Shown: piece by piece, positions 1 to 10,235 of the stretch
How the letters are laid out: each line of letters begins with the position of its first letter
How positions within the stretch are numbered: the first letter of the stretch is position 1
NCBI GenBank assembly: GCA_963849135.1
Contig: CAWKGF010000002.1
Location: 957,305-1,021,304 of the forward strand
From: an uncultured Actinomycetes bacterium
GTDB taxonomy: Bacteria > Actinomycetota > Acidimicrobiia > IMCC26256 > PALSA-555
Direction of reading: 5' to 3'
Length of the DNA: 64,000 bases
Program-made: the position numbers and the translations under genes
The notes under the pieces: generated by a model
Database searches by the model: none
What the model saw: the letters and a program-made list of their open reading frames with translations, nothing else
Told to the model about the DNA's origin: nothing

Positions 1-1147
<1,147 letters not shown>

Positions 1148-1250
1148 GACCTCAGGCTACCGGTGGCCCCTCCCGGGACTGCGCTGCGATTCACCCGTGG
1201 CGGTGGGGGAGCGCGGCCGCAAGGTGGCGGGACCGCGAGTGCGGGGCCGC

Positions 1251-2009
1251 TCAGATCGGCAGCCGGCGGAACACCGGCTTGGGGAGGTGGCGGAGCCCGA
1301 CCATCACCCAGCGCAGCGCGGGCGGGACCCAGATCAGCTCGCGGCCCGTCGCCACGCCGTGGACGATCGCGTCGGCGACGACGTCGGGGGTCACGGCCAG
1401 CGCGGCGGGGGGCAGCCCGGCTGTCATCTTCGAGTGCACGAACCCGGGCCGGACGACGAGCACCCGCACGCCGGACCCGGCCAGCGCCTCGCCGAGTCCC
1501 TGCAGGTAGCCGTCGAAGCCGGCCTTCGAGGAGCCGTAGATGAAGTTCGAGCGCCGCACCCGCTCCCCCGCCACCGAGGACAGCCCGACGATGATCCCGT
1601 GTCCCTGGGCGCGGAGCCGTTCCACCACCGTCGACACCACCGAGACCGCGCCCAGGTAGTTCACCCGGGCGATCTCGGTGGCCAGCGCCGGGTCGTGTTC
1701 GGCCGCGGCCTGGTCCCCAAGCACCCCGAACGTGACGAGGACCAGGTCGACGTCCCCGCCCGCGAACGCCCGCTCGGTCAGCCGTTCATGCGCGTCGCAG
1801 TCGGTGGCGTCGAACGGGAGCTGCTCGAAGGTCGTCGCCCCCGCCTCGGCGAGCTCGTGGGCGAGCTTGTCGAGGCGCTCCGGGTCGCGACCGGCGAGGA
1901 CGACCGACCGGGTGCGCTCCTGGACGAGCCGACGCAGCGTCGCGGCCGCGATGTCCGAGCCCGCGCCCAGCACCAGGACGCGCTGCACCGCGCCGAGCCC
2001 GTCCTCCAT
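1251..2009 (-). CDS. dprE2: Short-chain dehydrogenase, DprE2-like (decaprenylphospho-2-keto-ribose reductase)
   Basis: 252-aa ORF with Rossmann motif VLVLGAGSDIAAA and SDR catalytic YGSSKAG. It starts 4 nt after the stop of the DprE1-like gene on the same strand, which is the conserved dprE1-dprE2 pairing. Confidence 0.75.
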   Translation of the reverse strand: MEDGLGAVQRVLVLGAGSDIAAATLRRLVQERTRSVVLAGRDPERLDKLAHELAEAGATTFEQLPFDATDCDAHERLTERAFAGGDVDLVLVTFGVLGDQAAAEHDPALATEIARVNYLGAVSVVSTVVERLRAQGHGIIVGLSSVAGERVRRSNFIYGSSKAGFDGYLQGLGEALAGSGVRVLVVRPGFVHSKMTAGLPPAALAVTPDVVADAIVHGVATGRELIWVPPALRWVMVGLRHLPKPVFRRLPI

Positions 2010-2013
2010 CAGC

Positions 2014-3368
2014 TCACCCGAGGGCCAGGCGGCGGGCTAGGTCGGACTGCAGCACGTGCGACGGGTCGACTCGCTCGCGCAGCTCGCGCAGCCGGTCCAG
2101 CTCCGGGTACATCTGGGGCACCAGCTCGGGAGCCAGGCGGGAGTCCTTGGCGAGGTAGACCCGCCCGCCCGCCTCGACCACCAACCGGTCGAGCTCGTCG
2201 AGGAGGTGGGCCAATCCCGGTGTCGCGGCGGGGATGTCGAGGGCGAGGGTCCAGCCCGCGATCGGGAAGGAGAGCGGAGCCGGGTTCCGCGCACCGAACC
2301 GCTTCAGGACGGCGAGGAACGACGGGCACTGGGCTCGGCTCAGCCGCTCGAGGGTCTGGCGCACCGTCGCCCCCGCCTCGTCGGGCACCGCGTACTGGTA
2401 CTGCACGAACCCGCGCCGTCCGTAGAGGCGGTTCCAGTCCCGCACCCCGTCGAGGGGATGGAAGAAGGCGGGGATCGACTCGAGGTGCCCGAGCCGCCGA
2501 CGGGGAGCCTTGCGGAACCACAGCTCGTTGAAGGCGCGGATGGTCAGCCGGTTCAGGAGCTGATCGGGGAGCCAGGTCGGCGCGGCGAGCCGGGTCACGG
2601 GGTCGTAGGCCCGGGCGCGGTCACCCGCTCGAGCGGGGAGCGCGTCGAGCGGCGCGTGGTCGCCGCGGGTGAGGACCGACCGGCCCAGCGTCCGGCCCGA
2701 CGCCAGGCAGTCGATCCACGCCACCGAGTACCGGTAGCGGTCGTCGCCCTCGACCATCGCGCTCATGACCGTGTCGAGGTCGTCGATCCGCTCGGTGTCG
2801 ACGAGCATCCGCGACGTCTCGATGGGGATCAGCCCGAACGTGGCCTCGGTGACGACCCCGGTCAGGCCGAGCGCCCCCGCGGTCCCCCAGAACAGCTCGG
2901 CGTCGAGCTCGGGCGTGACGTCGATCGTCCCGGTGGGTGTGCGGAGCGTGAACTGCTGAACGTGTGGGGCGAAGCTGCCGTCGACGTGGTGGTTCTTGCC
3001 GTGGATGTCGGCGGCGAGCGCGCCGCCCACCGTCACGAAGCGCGTCCCGGGCGTGACCGGCACGAAGAAGCCCTCGGGGACCAGGACCCGGAGCAGGTCG
3101 TCGAAGCTGGCGCCCCCCTCGGCGCGCACCGTGGCCCGCTCGGGGTCGAGGTCGCCCAGCGCCGACAGCTTCGTGCAGTCCAGGACGTCGCCCCCGCGTT
3201 CTGCGCCGCGTCGCCGTAGCTGCGGCCCAGACCGCGGGCGACGATCCCTCGCGCCCCGACGTGTTCGAAGGCCCGGTCGACGTCCGGGACCGAGGTGGGC
3301 GTCGTCACGTGGGCGGCGGTCGGCGCGGTGCGGCCCCAGCCGGTGAGGAGGGTGGTCCGATCGGGCAT
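2014..3368 (-). pseudogene. dprE1: FAD-dependent DprE1-like oxidase (decaprenylphosphoryl-ribose 2'-oxidase), frameshifted as sequenced
   Basis: The N-terminus [16 protein letters not shown]...[15 protein letters not shown] (from 3368) and the body ...[34 protein letters not shown]...HGKNHH... (ORF 2014..3129 frame) are in different frames. Adding one base to the C5 run at 3191-3195 joins them seamlessly. Confidence 0.8.
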
Positions 3369-3562
3369 CGTGGTCAGCGGGTCGGCCGGCCGGGTCCGCG
3401 GCGCCCCTCGCCGGTCGGGCGCTCGAGCTGCCGGATCACCGACCGCGCGGCGGTGACAGGCATGGCGACCAGGCTAGCGAAGGGTGCCGTGCGCGCCGTC
3501 CACGGCCGCTCGTCGGCCCGAGCCGCTATAGCGTCGGGCCAGCAGCCGCGAGGAGGACGAGC

Positions 3563-5113
3563 GTGCCGATCACTTTTGGCGTGACCAGTCAGACCGTGGA
3601 TCGTGCCCGCGCCGACCTGCTCGCGGTGCCCGTGTTCTCCGGTCGTGTCCTCGGGCCGGGCGCGGACGTCGTCGACGCCGCGCTCGGCGGGCGGCTGCGG
3701 TCGTTCATGGAGGAGGCGGGGTTCGACGGCAAGGCCGAGCAGACCTTGATCGTGCCGACCCTCGGGTCGACCGCGGCGCCCGCCGCGCTGCTGGTCGGGC
3801 TCGGCAACCGGGCTGAGTTCACCGCCGACAGGCTGCGGCGCGCCGCGGCGACGGTGGCCCGCGCCGCGACGCACGCCAAGACCGTCGTCACGACCCTGCT
3901 CGCCGCGGGGGACCTCGACCCGGGGCTCGCCGCGCAGGCGCTCGCGGAGGGGGTCGTGCTCGGCTCGTACCGGTTCGTCGAGTACAAGTCCGAGCGTGAC
4001 CCGTCGAAGCTGACCCGCGTGCTGCTGGTCGACGCCCGCGGCGCGGAGACCAAGGCTGGCCTCGACCGGGGGGCGGTGATCTCGAAGGCGGTCAGCTGGG
4101 CCCGCGACATGGTGAACGAGCCGTCGGGCGCCAAGTCGCCGGCCGAGTTCGCGGCCGCGTCCCGCCGTCTCCTCTCCGGCAAGGGCGTGACGGTCACGGT
4201 CATGAGCGAGGCGGAGCTCCGGGCCCAGAAGATGGGTGGCGTCATCGGCGTCGGACAAGGCTCGACGCGTCCGCCCCGCTTCGTGAAGGTCGTCTACCAG
4301 CCCCGCGGCGGCCGCTCGGCCGGGACGTTGGCGCTGGTCGGCAAAGGGGTCGTCTTCGACTCGGGTGGGCTGTCGCTCAAGACCGCGTCGGGCATGGAGA
4401 CGATGAAGACCGACATGTCCGGCGCGGCGGCGGTGCTGGCCGCGATGTCGGCCCTCCAGGCGCTCAAGGTGCCGCACCGGGTCGTCGCCTACGCGCCGAT
4501 GGTGGAGAACATGCCGAGCGGCAACGCGATCCGACCCGGCGACGTGCTCCGGATGCGGGACGGGAAGACGGTTGAGGTGCTGAACACCGACGCCGAAGGT
4601 CGCCTGATCCTCGCCGACGCGCTCGCGCTGGCGGTCGCGCAGCACTCCGACGCGATCGTCGACGTCGCGACGCTCACCGGCGCCTGCGTCGTCGCGCTGG
4701 GCGAGAAGGTGGCCGGGATCATGGGCGCTCCCGACCCGTGGGTGGAGCAGGTCCGCTCCGCCGCCGACCGGGCCGGCGAGCCGATGTGGCCGCTGCCGCT
4801 GCCCGGCGAGTACCGCAAGCTCCTCGACTCGGAGGTCGCGGACCTGCGCAACATCAGCACCGGCGGCTACGGCGGGGCGCTCACCGCGGGGCTGTTCCTG
4901 CAGTCGTTCGTCGGTGACGTGCCCTGGGTCCACCTCGACATCGCGGGGCCGGCCCGCGCCGGCGCCGACGACGGCGAGCTCACCCGGGGCGGCACCGGGT
5001 TCGCGGTCCGGACCCTCCTGGAGCTGGCCCGCACCTTCGAGCCGCCGGCCCGTCCCAACGGTCAGGGCCGAACGCCGCGCCGCGAAGAGACGCTGAGCGA
5101 GCCCGCGGCGTGA
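3563..5113 (+). CDS. pepA: Leucyl aminopeptidase (M17 family)
   Basis: 516-aa ORF with M17 motifs VGKGVVFDSGG and NTDAEGRLILADAL. Confidence 0.9.
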   Translation: MPITFGVTSQTVDRARADLLAVPVFSGRVLGPGADVVDAALGGRLRSFMEEAGFDGKAEQTLIVPTLGSTAAPAALLVGLGNRAEFTADRLRRAAATVARAATHAKTVVTTLLAAGDLDPGLAAQALAEGVVLGSYRFVEYKSERDPSKLTRVLLVDARGAETKAGLDRGAVISKAVSWARDMVNEPSGAKSPAEFAAASRRLLSGKGVTVTVMSEAELRAQKMGGVIGVGQGSTRPPRFVKVVYQPRGGRSAGTLALVGKGVVFDSGGLSLKTASGMETMKTDMSGAAAVLAAMSALQALKVPHRVVAYAPMVENMPSGNAIRPGDVLRMRDGKTVEVLNTDAEGRLILADALALAVAQHSDAIVDVATLTGACVVALGEKVAGIMGAPDPWVEQVRSAADRAGEPMWPLPLPGEYRKLLDSEVADLRNISTGGYGGALTAGLFLQSFVGDVPWVHLDIAGPARAGADDGELTRGGTGFAVRTLLELARTFEPPARPNGQGRTPRREETLSEPAA

Positions 5114-5135
5114 CGCCGCCGCGCCTCGGATGAAC

Positions 5136-6321
<1,186 letters not shown>

Positions 6322-6385
6322 GCGGGCACTCCCTTCTCCGAGTTGAAATGCTAGGTCAGGGGTCGGAAATTCCCAACCACTCCGG

Positions 6386-7141
6386 TCAGACCGCAGCGAC
6401 GATCGAGGTCAGGACCTGCCCGATCCGGTCCCGGAGCACCGCGTCGGCGGCCCCGTCGAAGGGCGTCGACTCCCCGTTCAGGATCACCAGCCGAGCCCGG
6501 TTCGCCAGCGCGTGCTCGGGGAGGCCAGCCGCCGGGTACACGCCCAGCGACGTGCCCACGGCCAGGAACAGGTCGGCCCGGGCCGACGCGGCCTGGGCTC
6601 GGGCCAGGTCGGCGGCGACCAGGTTCTCCCCGAAGCTGATCGTCGCCGACTTCAGGATCCCGCCGCACTCCGGGCAGTCCGGGTCCGCTTCGCCGGCCCG
6701 GACCCGGTCCAGGGCCACCCCCATCGGAGCCCGCCACGAGCAGGAGAGGCACTTCACCTCCCGAACGTTGCCGTGGATCTCGATGATCTTGTCGGGGCTG
6801 CTGCCCGCCGCGTGGTGCAGCCCGTCGATGTTCTGGGTGACCAGCGTGTCCAACGACGCCCGCCGCTCCAGCTCCACCAGCGCCCGATGTCCGTCGTTGG
6901 GCTCGGCGGTCCAATACGCCCCGTCGAGACGGTTCTGCCAGCTCTGCCGGCGGACCTCCGGGTCGCTCACGTAGTACTGCAAGGTCGCGGTCTTCTCCGC
7001 AGCCGGGTTCTTCGTAAACACCCCGTTCGGGCCTCGGAAGTCCGGGATCCCCAATTCGGTGGAGATCCCCGCGCCGGTGAGCACGACCGTCGACGACGCG
7101 TCGCGCAGCCACCCGGCCACCGTTTCATGGGTCGCGTCCAC
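6386..7141 (-). CDS. cobB: NAD-dependent protein deacylase, Sir2 family
   Basis: Motifs GAGISTELGIPDFRGPNG and QNIDGLH, plus Zn ribbon CLSC...CPECGG. Start placed at GTG 7141 (VDATHETVAGW) because the 47 upstream codons of ORF 6386..7282 are Arg/Gly-rich filler. Confidence 0.85.
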   Translation of the reverse strand: MDATHETVAGWLRDASSTVVLTGAGISTELGIPDFRGPNGVFTKNPAAEKTATLQYYVSDPEVRRQSWQNRLDGAYWTAEPNDGHRALVELERRASLDTLVTQNIDGLHHAAGSSPDKIIEIHGNVREVKCLSCSWRAPMGVALDRVRAGEADPDCPECGGILKSATISFGENLVAADLARAQAASARADLFLAVGTSLGVYPAAGLPEHALANRARLVILNGESTPFDGAADAVLRDRIGQVLTSIVAAV

Positions 7142-7209
7142 CCCACCATTGTCGCGGCTCGACCATGACCTCGGCCGACCGGGGACCGCGGGCGCTCGTC
7201 CTTGCTCGG

Positions 7210-7813
7210 TCAGCCAGCCAGGTCGGTCGCCGCCTCGGCGTCTCGATGGCCGCGCAGCGCCCAGCGGACCGCGTCCGTGCACACCGCAGGGTGGAAGCCC
7301 GTCGACGCCAGCATCCGCTCCGCGTGGTCGGGATCATCGCCCTCCTCGAGCAGAGCCAGGGCCAGACGGCGGGCCCGCCGCTTCGCCGCCGCGTACGGCG
7401 GTTCGGCGAGCCGCGCGTCCGCCCACTCCGCGTGCCGCGGACTGCAGCGCGGCGGGCAGCCGACGGAGCCGGCGTCGGTCCAGCGGCGGCAGGTTCCGCC
7501 GCACCGCGACGGTCGGGGACATCGGATCCGGGTAGGCCAGGTCGAACTGCTCCAACCGGGCCAGCGTCCGCACGATCGGGGAGCTCGAGCCATCCCCCGC
7601 TCCGACCCCCAGCGCCCGGGACGTCTCCGCGACGCGCAGCTCCACCCCGTGCGGAGCATCGTCGAAGCGTGACGCCAGATGCCGCAGCAGCAGGAGCGCG
7701 GTCGGGCCGATCGTCGGGAGCCAGAACGTCTCGGCGTAGACCGTCCGAGGGTCGTACCCGATCGTGTCGATGACTGCGTCCGGCCAGGGGACGATGGTCA
7801 GCGTGCTCGGCAT
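7210..7813 (-). pseudogene. Conserved actinobacterial hypothetical protein, frameshifted as sequenced
   Basis: MPSTLTIVPWPDAVIDTIGYDPRTVYAETFWLPTIGPTALLLLRHLA...RRLPAAL (ORF 7334..7933 frame from M41) continues in ORF 7210..7659 frame as (S)PRHAEWADARLAEPPYAAAKRRARRLALALLEEGDD...DLAG. The break is at ~7439-7447. Confidence 0.6.
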
Positions 7814-7976
7814 CGGGAGCCTCCCCAGTGAAGCGGGCGTTCCACAGGGACCCACCCGACCAGGCTCCGTGACTGGTGGTGATGCTCCGTGCCGGGAGTA
7901 TCCCTTGTCCGTAGGTAACCTGGGGGGCCTCAAGTGGGTCTCTCGGGGTGCCGAGGCATGAAACCTCGGGCAGACC

Positions 7977-8002
7977 TAGAATCTTGTGAAAGAAGTCACA
8001 AG
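7977..8002 (+). promoter_or_regulatory. Candidate -10 element (TAGAAT, 7977-7982) abutting a perfect palindrome CTTGTGA-N6-TCACAAG (7983-8002); possible operator of the orf84/hicBA-like operon
   Basis: Read directly from the sequence. It lies 38 nt upstream of the ATG at 8040 in the AT-richer intergenic region. No convincing -35 element was found. Confidence 0.35.
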
Positions 8003-8039
8003 CGTGTAGTTCGCGTTCCCCGGCGGCAGAGGGCAGGTC

Positions 8040-8294
8040 ATGGCAAAGCGGAGGATCAACCTCCCCGGCAGGGGTCCGACCGAAGTGGATGAAATCGGGT
8101 TCCGGCCTTTGGCTGAGCACTGGAATGAGTACCTGCTCGACGATGGGACGACGGTCCGCACCAAGCTGGTCATGGTGTCCGCGTACCGGCTCCCAGACGA
8201 GTACGACGCCGAGGGGAACCCGGTCTACGTGCTGAATTCGACGAACGTGGTGAAGACCGATTCACCCGACGAGTTGCGAAAAGGTGAGTCATGA
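8040..8294 (+). CDS. Hypothetical small protein (84 aa), first gene of the TA-like islet
   Basis: ATG-initiated ORF with a balanced, non-shadow amino-acid composition (MAKRRINLPGRGPTEVDEIGFRPLAEHWNEYLLDDG...). Its stop overlaps the next start (ATGA at 8291-8294). I recognise no family. Confidence 0.55.
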   Translation: MAKRRINLPGRGPTEVDEIGFRPLAEHWNEYLLDDGTTVRTKLVMVSAYRLPDEYDAEGNPVYVLNSTNVVKTDSPDELRKGES

Positions 8295-8734
8295 GCCTGG
8301 TCGAGACACCGTCCACGACGATGTTTGGCCGTAACGACCAGGACGAGAGCGCCCCGGTGGGCTTCCGATCTGGTCGGCTCGGCGCTGTGAGGACTGGGGG
8401 AGGGGCATTGACCGAGAGTGCCGCTCCGTCGACCTATACCGACAGTGTCTCGGGGGCGCCCGACCCTCGTCGTCGAGTCGCCCGGGTCTATCTGGAGCGC
8501 GTTGTGGACGAGTACGTGATTGAAGCGATGCGCCATGCCAGGACTCGGCAATTCCCAGACGGCTACTGGATTGCAGATGTCATCGGCCTTGAGGGTGCTT
8601 GGGCCGACGGAGAGACCCGCGAGGCTGCGCTTGGTGCTCTCCCGGACATCATCTTCGACTGGGCAATGCTCAAGATCGCTGACCACGATGGCGACATTCC
8701 CCCCCTCGGTGAAATCGACCTGAACGAGTACTGA
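8291..8734 (+). CDS. hicB: HicB/UPF0150-like antitoxin with ~70-aa N-terminal extension
   Basis: The C-terminal half LERVVDEYVIEAMRHARTRQFPDGYWIADVIGLEGAWADGETREAALGALPDIIFDWAMLKIADHDGDIPPLGEIDL follows the HicB-type antitoxin pattern (E..A.R.A....edG.y.a.ipgl.GvwA.G.T.eea...L...l..W......g..iP...gi.L). The start is uncertain; an internal GTG is possible. Confidence 0.65.
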   Translation: MSLVETPSTTMFGRNDQDESAPVGFRSGRLGAVRTGGGALTESAAPSTYTDSVSGAPDPRRRVARVYLERVVDEYVIEAMRHARTRQFPDGYWIADVIGLEGAWADGETREAALGALPDIIFDWAMLKIADHDGDIPPLGEIDLNEY

Positions 8735-8744
8735 GCCGTGATCG

Positions 8745-8979
8745 GTGGAGTTGCCCAAGGTCACGAAGCGGGCCGAACTTTTGCGGCGCCTCAAGCGCCT
8801 CGACTGCGAGGAACTCCCAAAGGGGCGCAGTAAGGAAACGTTCGTCAAACGGGCAGGAACGAAACGCAAGGTCCGTATTCCAAATCAGCACCGGGGGCGC
8901 GAGATTTCAGAAGTACGAGTTGAAACTGATCCTTGATGGTCTAGGGATATCTGAGGAGGAGTGGAATGGCACGGCCTAA
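8745..8979 (+). pseudogene. hicA: HicA-like mRNA-interferase toxin, frameshifted as sequenced
   Basis: (M)ELPKVTKRAELLRRLKRLDCEELPKGRSKETFVKRAGTKRKVRIPNQHRGREIS stops prematurely at 8936. The +1 frame from ~8914 reads YELKLILDGLGISEEEWNGTA* (stop 8977-8979), which is the typical HicA C-terminus. The break is at ~8907-8913. Confidence 0.6.
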
Positions 8980-9077
8980 ACAATTCTCGACGAGTCAAGA
9001 CCACCCGATCCAGACGACAGTGACCGGAGAAGATCGCCCGTACAAGAAGGCAGACTTCATGCGCGATCTGGCGAAGG

Positions 9078-10022
9078 TCACGCAGCCGGACGGCAAGCCG
9101 AAGTCAGCAAAGTCCTGAACATCGGCTCGCCATCATGGCGGTGGTTGTACCGCCAAGCGAACTCGTCTAGGTAAGACTGCAACCACTTCTTGCTGACCGC
9201 GTGGTGCGTACCGCGGAGCCCGTTCTTCACCAGTGACCAGAATCCCTCGATCGTGTTCGTGTGAACGTTGCCATGCACATAGACACGCGCCGAGTGGTTG
9301 ATCCGGTGGTGCTCGTAGCCTTCCCGGTACAGGGTGCTGTAAGCCTGGTACTCGTCGGTGAACACGGTGGACTCGGGCAGCACGAACTTTCGGACTTCAC
9401 CGCGGACTACGAGGCCGCCAGCGTGGGGGATCACCCGGGCTCGGACCTCCCCCTTGCGTTCGACGGCGCCCCACACGACGGCCTTCTGGTCGCGCCACTG
9501 GGCACTGCCACCGCGTCCCTTCACGTTGTTGCTTGAGCGGGGCTTGCCGCCGACGTAGGTCTCGTCAACCTCGACCTCGCCGGTCAGCGGGCCATCGCCT
9601 TGGGGCATCAACTTGGTGCGAATCAGGTTCGCCATGCGCCATGCGGTCTTGTAGGTGACGCCCAGCTCTCGTTCGATTTGCTTGGCCGACACTCCGCAGC
9701 GCGTGGAGCCCATGAGGTAGATGGCCTTGAACCAGAGGTCGAGGCCTGTGGACGACTTGTGGAAGATCGTCCCCACGGTCGGGTGAAGGTGGTGGCCGCA
9801 GGTGTCGCACGAGTACGACGGCCGCGAGGCGACCCGGTGGAACCGACGCCGCTGGCCGCACTTGGGGCAGTCAGCGTGCTCGCCGTCGTCGCTCAGGTTC
9901 TGGTGCCAGAGGTAGTCCAGGCATGTGGCGTCGTCCGGAAACTCCCGGTCCAGGTCGGCCCTGGTGTAGGTCCCGTCGCTGGTGCGGGAGGCCTTGGCGC
10001 TGTTGCGATCCCTCGGTGCCAT
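9078..10022 (-). CDS. IS1595-family (ISXO2-like) DDE transposase with N-terminal zinc ribbon
   Basis: 314-aa ORF with CPKCG...CDTCGH zinc ribbon and VEVDETYVGGK...VFTDEYQAY...HRINHS...HTNTIEGFWSLVK..L.G..H.VS.K.L..YL.EF..R.N, all characteristic of the IS1595 transposase. Confidence 0.9.
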   Translation of the reverse strand: MAPRDRNSAKASRTSDGTYTRADLDREFPDDATCLDYLWHQNLSDDGEHADCPKCGQRRRFHRVASRPSYSCDTCGHHLHPTVGTIFHKSSTGLDLWFKAIYLMGSTRCGVSAKQIERELGVTYKTAWRMANLIRTKLMPQGDGPLTGEVEVDETYVGGKPRSSNNVKGRGGSAQWRDQKAVVWGAVERKGEVRARVIPHAGGLVVRGEVRKFVLPESTVFTDEYQAYSTLYREGYEHHRINHSARVYVHGNVHTNTIEGFWSLVKNGLRGTHHAVSKKWLQSYLDEFAWRYNHRHDGEPMFRTLLTSACRPAA

Positions 10023-10028
10023 AGGAGG

Positions 10029-10058
10029 AACCTACCATGGCGGGATACCTACTGTCAA
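10029..10058 (-). promoter_or_regulatory. Putative promoter of the transposase giving a leaderless transcript (TTGACA-N18-TAGGTT, -10 ends 6 nt before the ATG)
   Basis: The minus strand reads cccTTGACAgtaggtatcccgccatggTAGGTTcctcctATG. There is no Shine-Dalgarno sequence. Leaderless mRNAs are common in Actinomycetota. Confidence 0.35.
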
Positions 10059-10235
10059 GGGATAATTACCCTCCGTGCTTCCGACGGTGTCGGCTACCCC
10101 CGGGCAGGTGACGGTGCTCTGCGGTGGCGGGGGACTCCACCCAGTTCATCGACGTGGTCGGCTACTACCCCTAACGCTGCGGGCAGCGGGACGAGGTCCG
10201 AAGCCCGACCGTCGTGAGTCCGAAGCCCGGCGGAG

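Larger units (their letters stand above)
9060..10075 (-). mobile_element. IS1595-family insertion sequence (element ends approximate; terminal inverted repeats not resolved)
   Basis: A single transposase gene in a GC-poorer patch. Its own promoter-like sequence lies just upstream of the ATG. I could not identify convincing IRs or target duplications by eye. Confidence 0.6.

Noticed and set aside
1148-1250. Possible riboswitch (cobalamin or SAM) in the 103-nt spacer upstream of metH
   Set aside because: The spacer is too short for a cobalamin riboswitch. I could not match B12-box or SAM-IV consensus elements. MetH is itself B12-dependent, so it is not the usual riboswitch target.
3374-4933. 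Long antisense or out-of-frame ORFs throughout the window, e.g. 3374..4933(-), 10260..12101(+), 13555..15939(+), 16016..18199(-), 31139..33190(-), 33096..34541(-), 34450..36528(-), 43551..44714(-), 47258..48736(-)
   Set aside because: Each overlaps a gene with strong family motifs on the other strand or in another frame, and each has a skewed R/G/P/A/D composition. This is the expected stop-codon paucity of GC-rich DNA, not overlapping genes.
8966-9118. 50-codon ORF MARPKQFSTSQDHPIQTTVTGEDRPYKKADFMRDLAKVTQPDGKPKSAKS overlapping the hicA-like 3' end and the transposase 3' end
   Set aside because: It is short and recognised in no family. Its 3' third overlaps the transposase coding region, so that part lies inside the IS element. 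It is possibly a remnant or a chimeric ORF, so I did not call it as a gene.
10023-10235. tRNA-like or inverted-repeat end of the IS element to the right of the transposase
   Set aside because: I found no cloverleaf-compatible arms. I also could not find a convincing match between this region and the reverse complement of 8980-9080, so the IS termini remain undefined.
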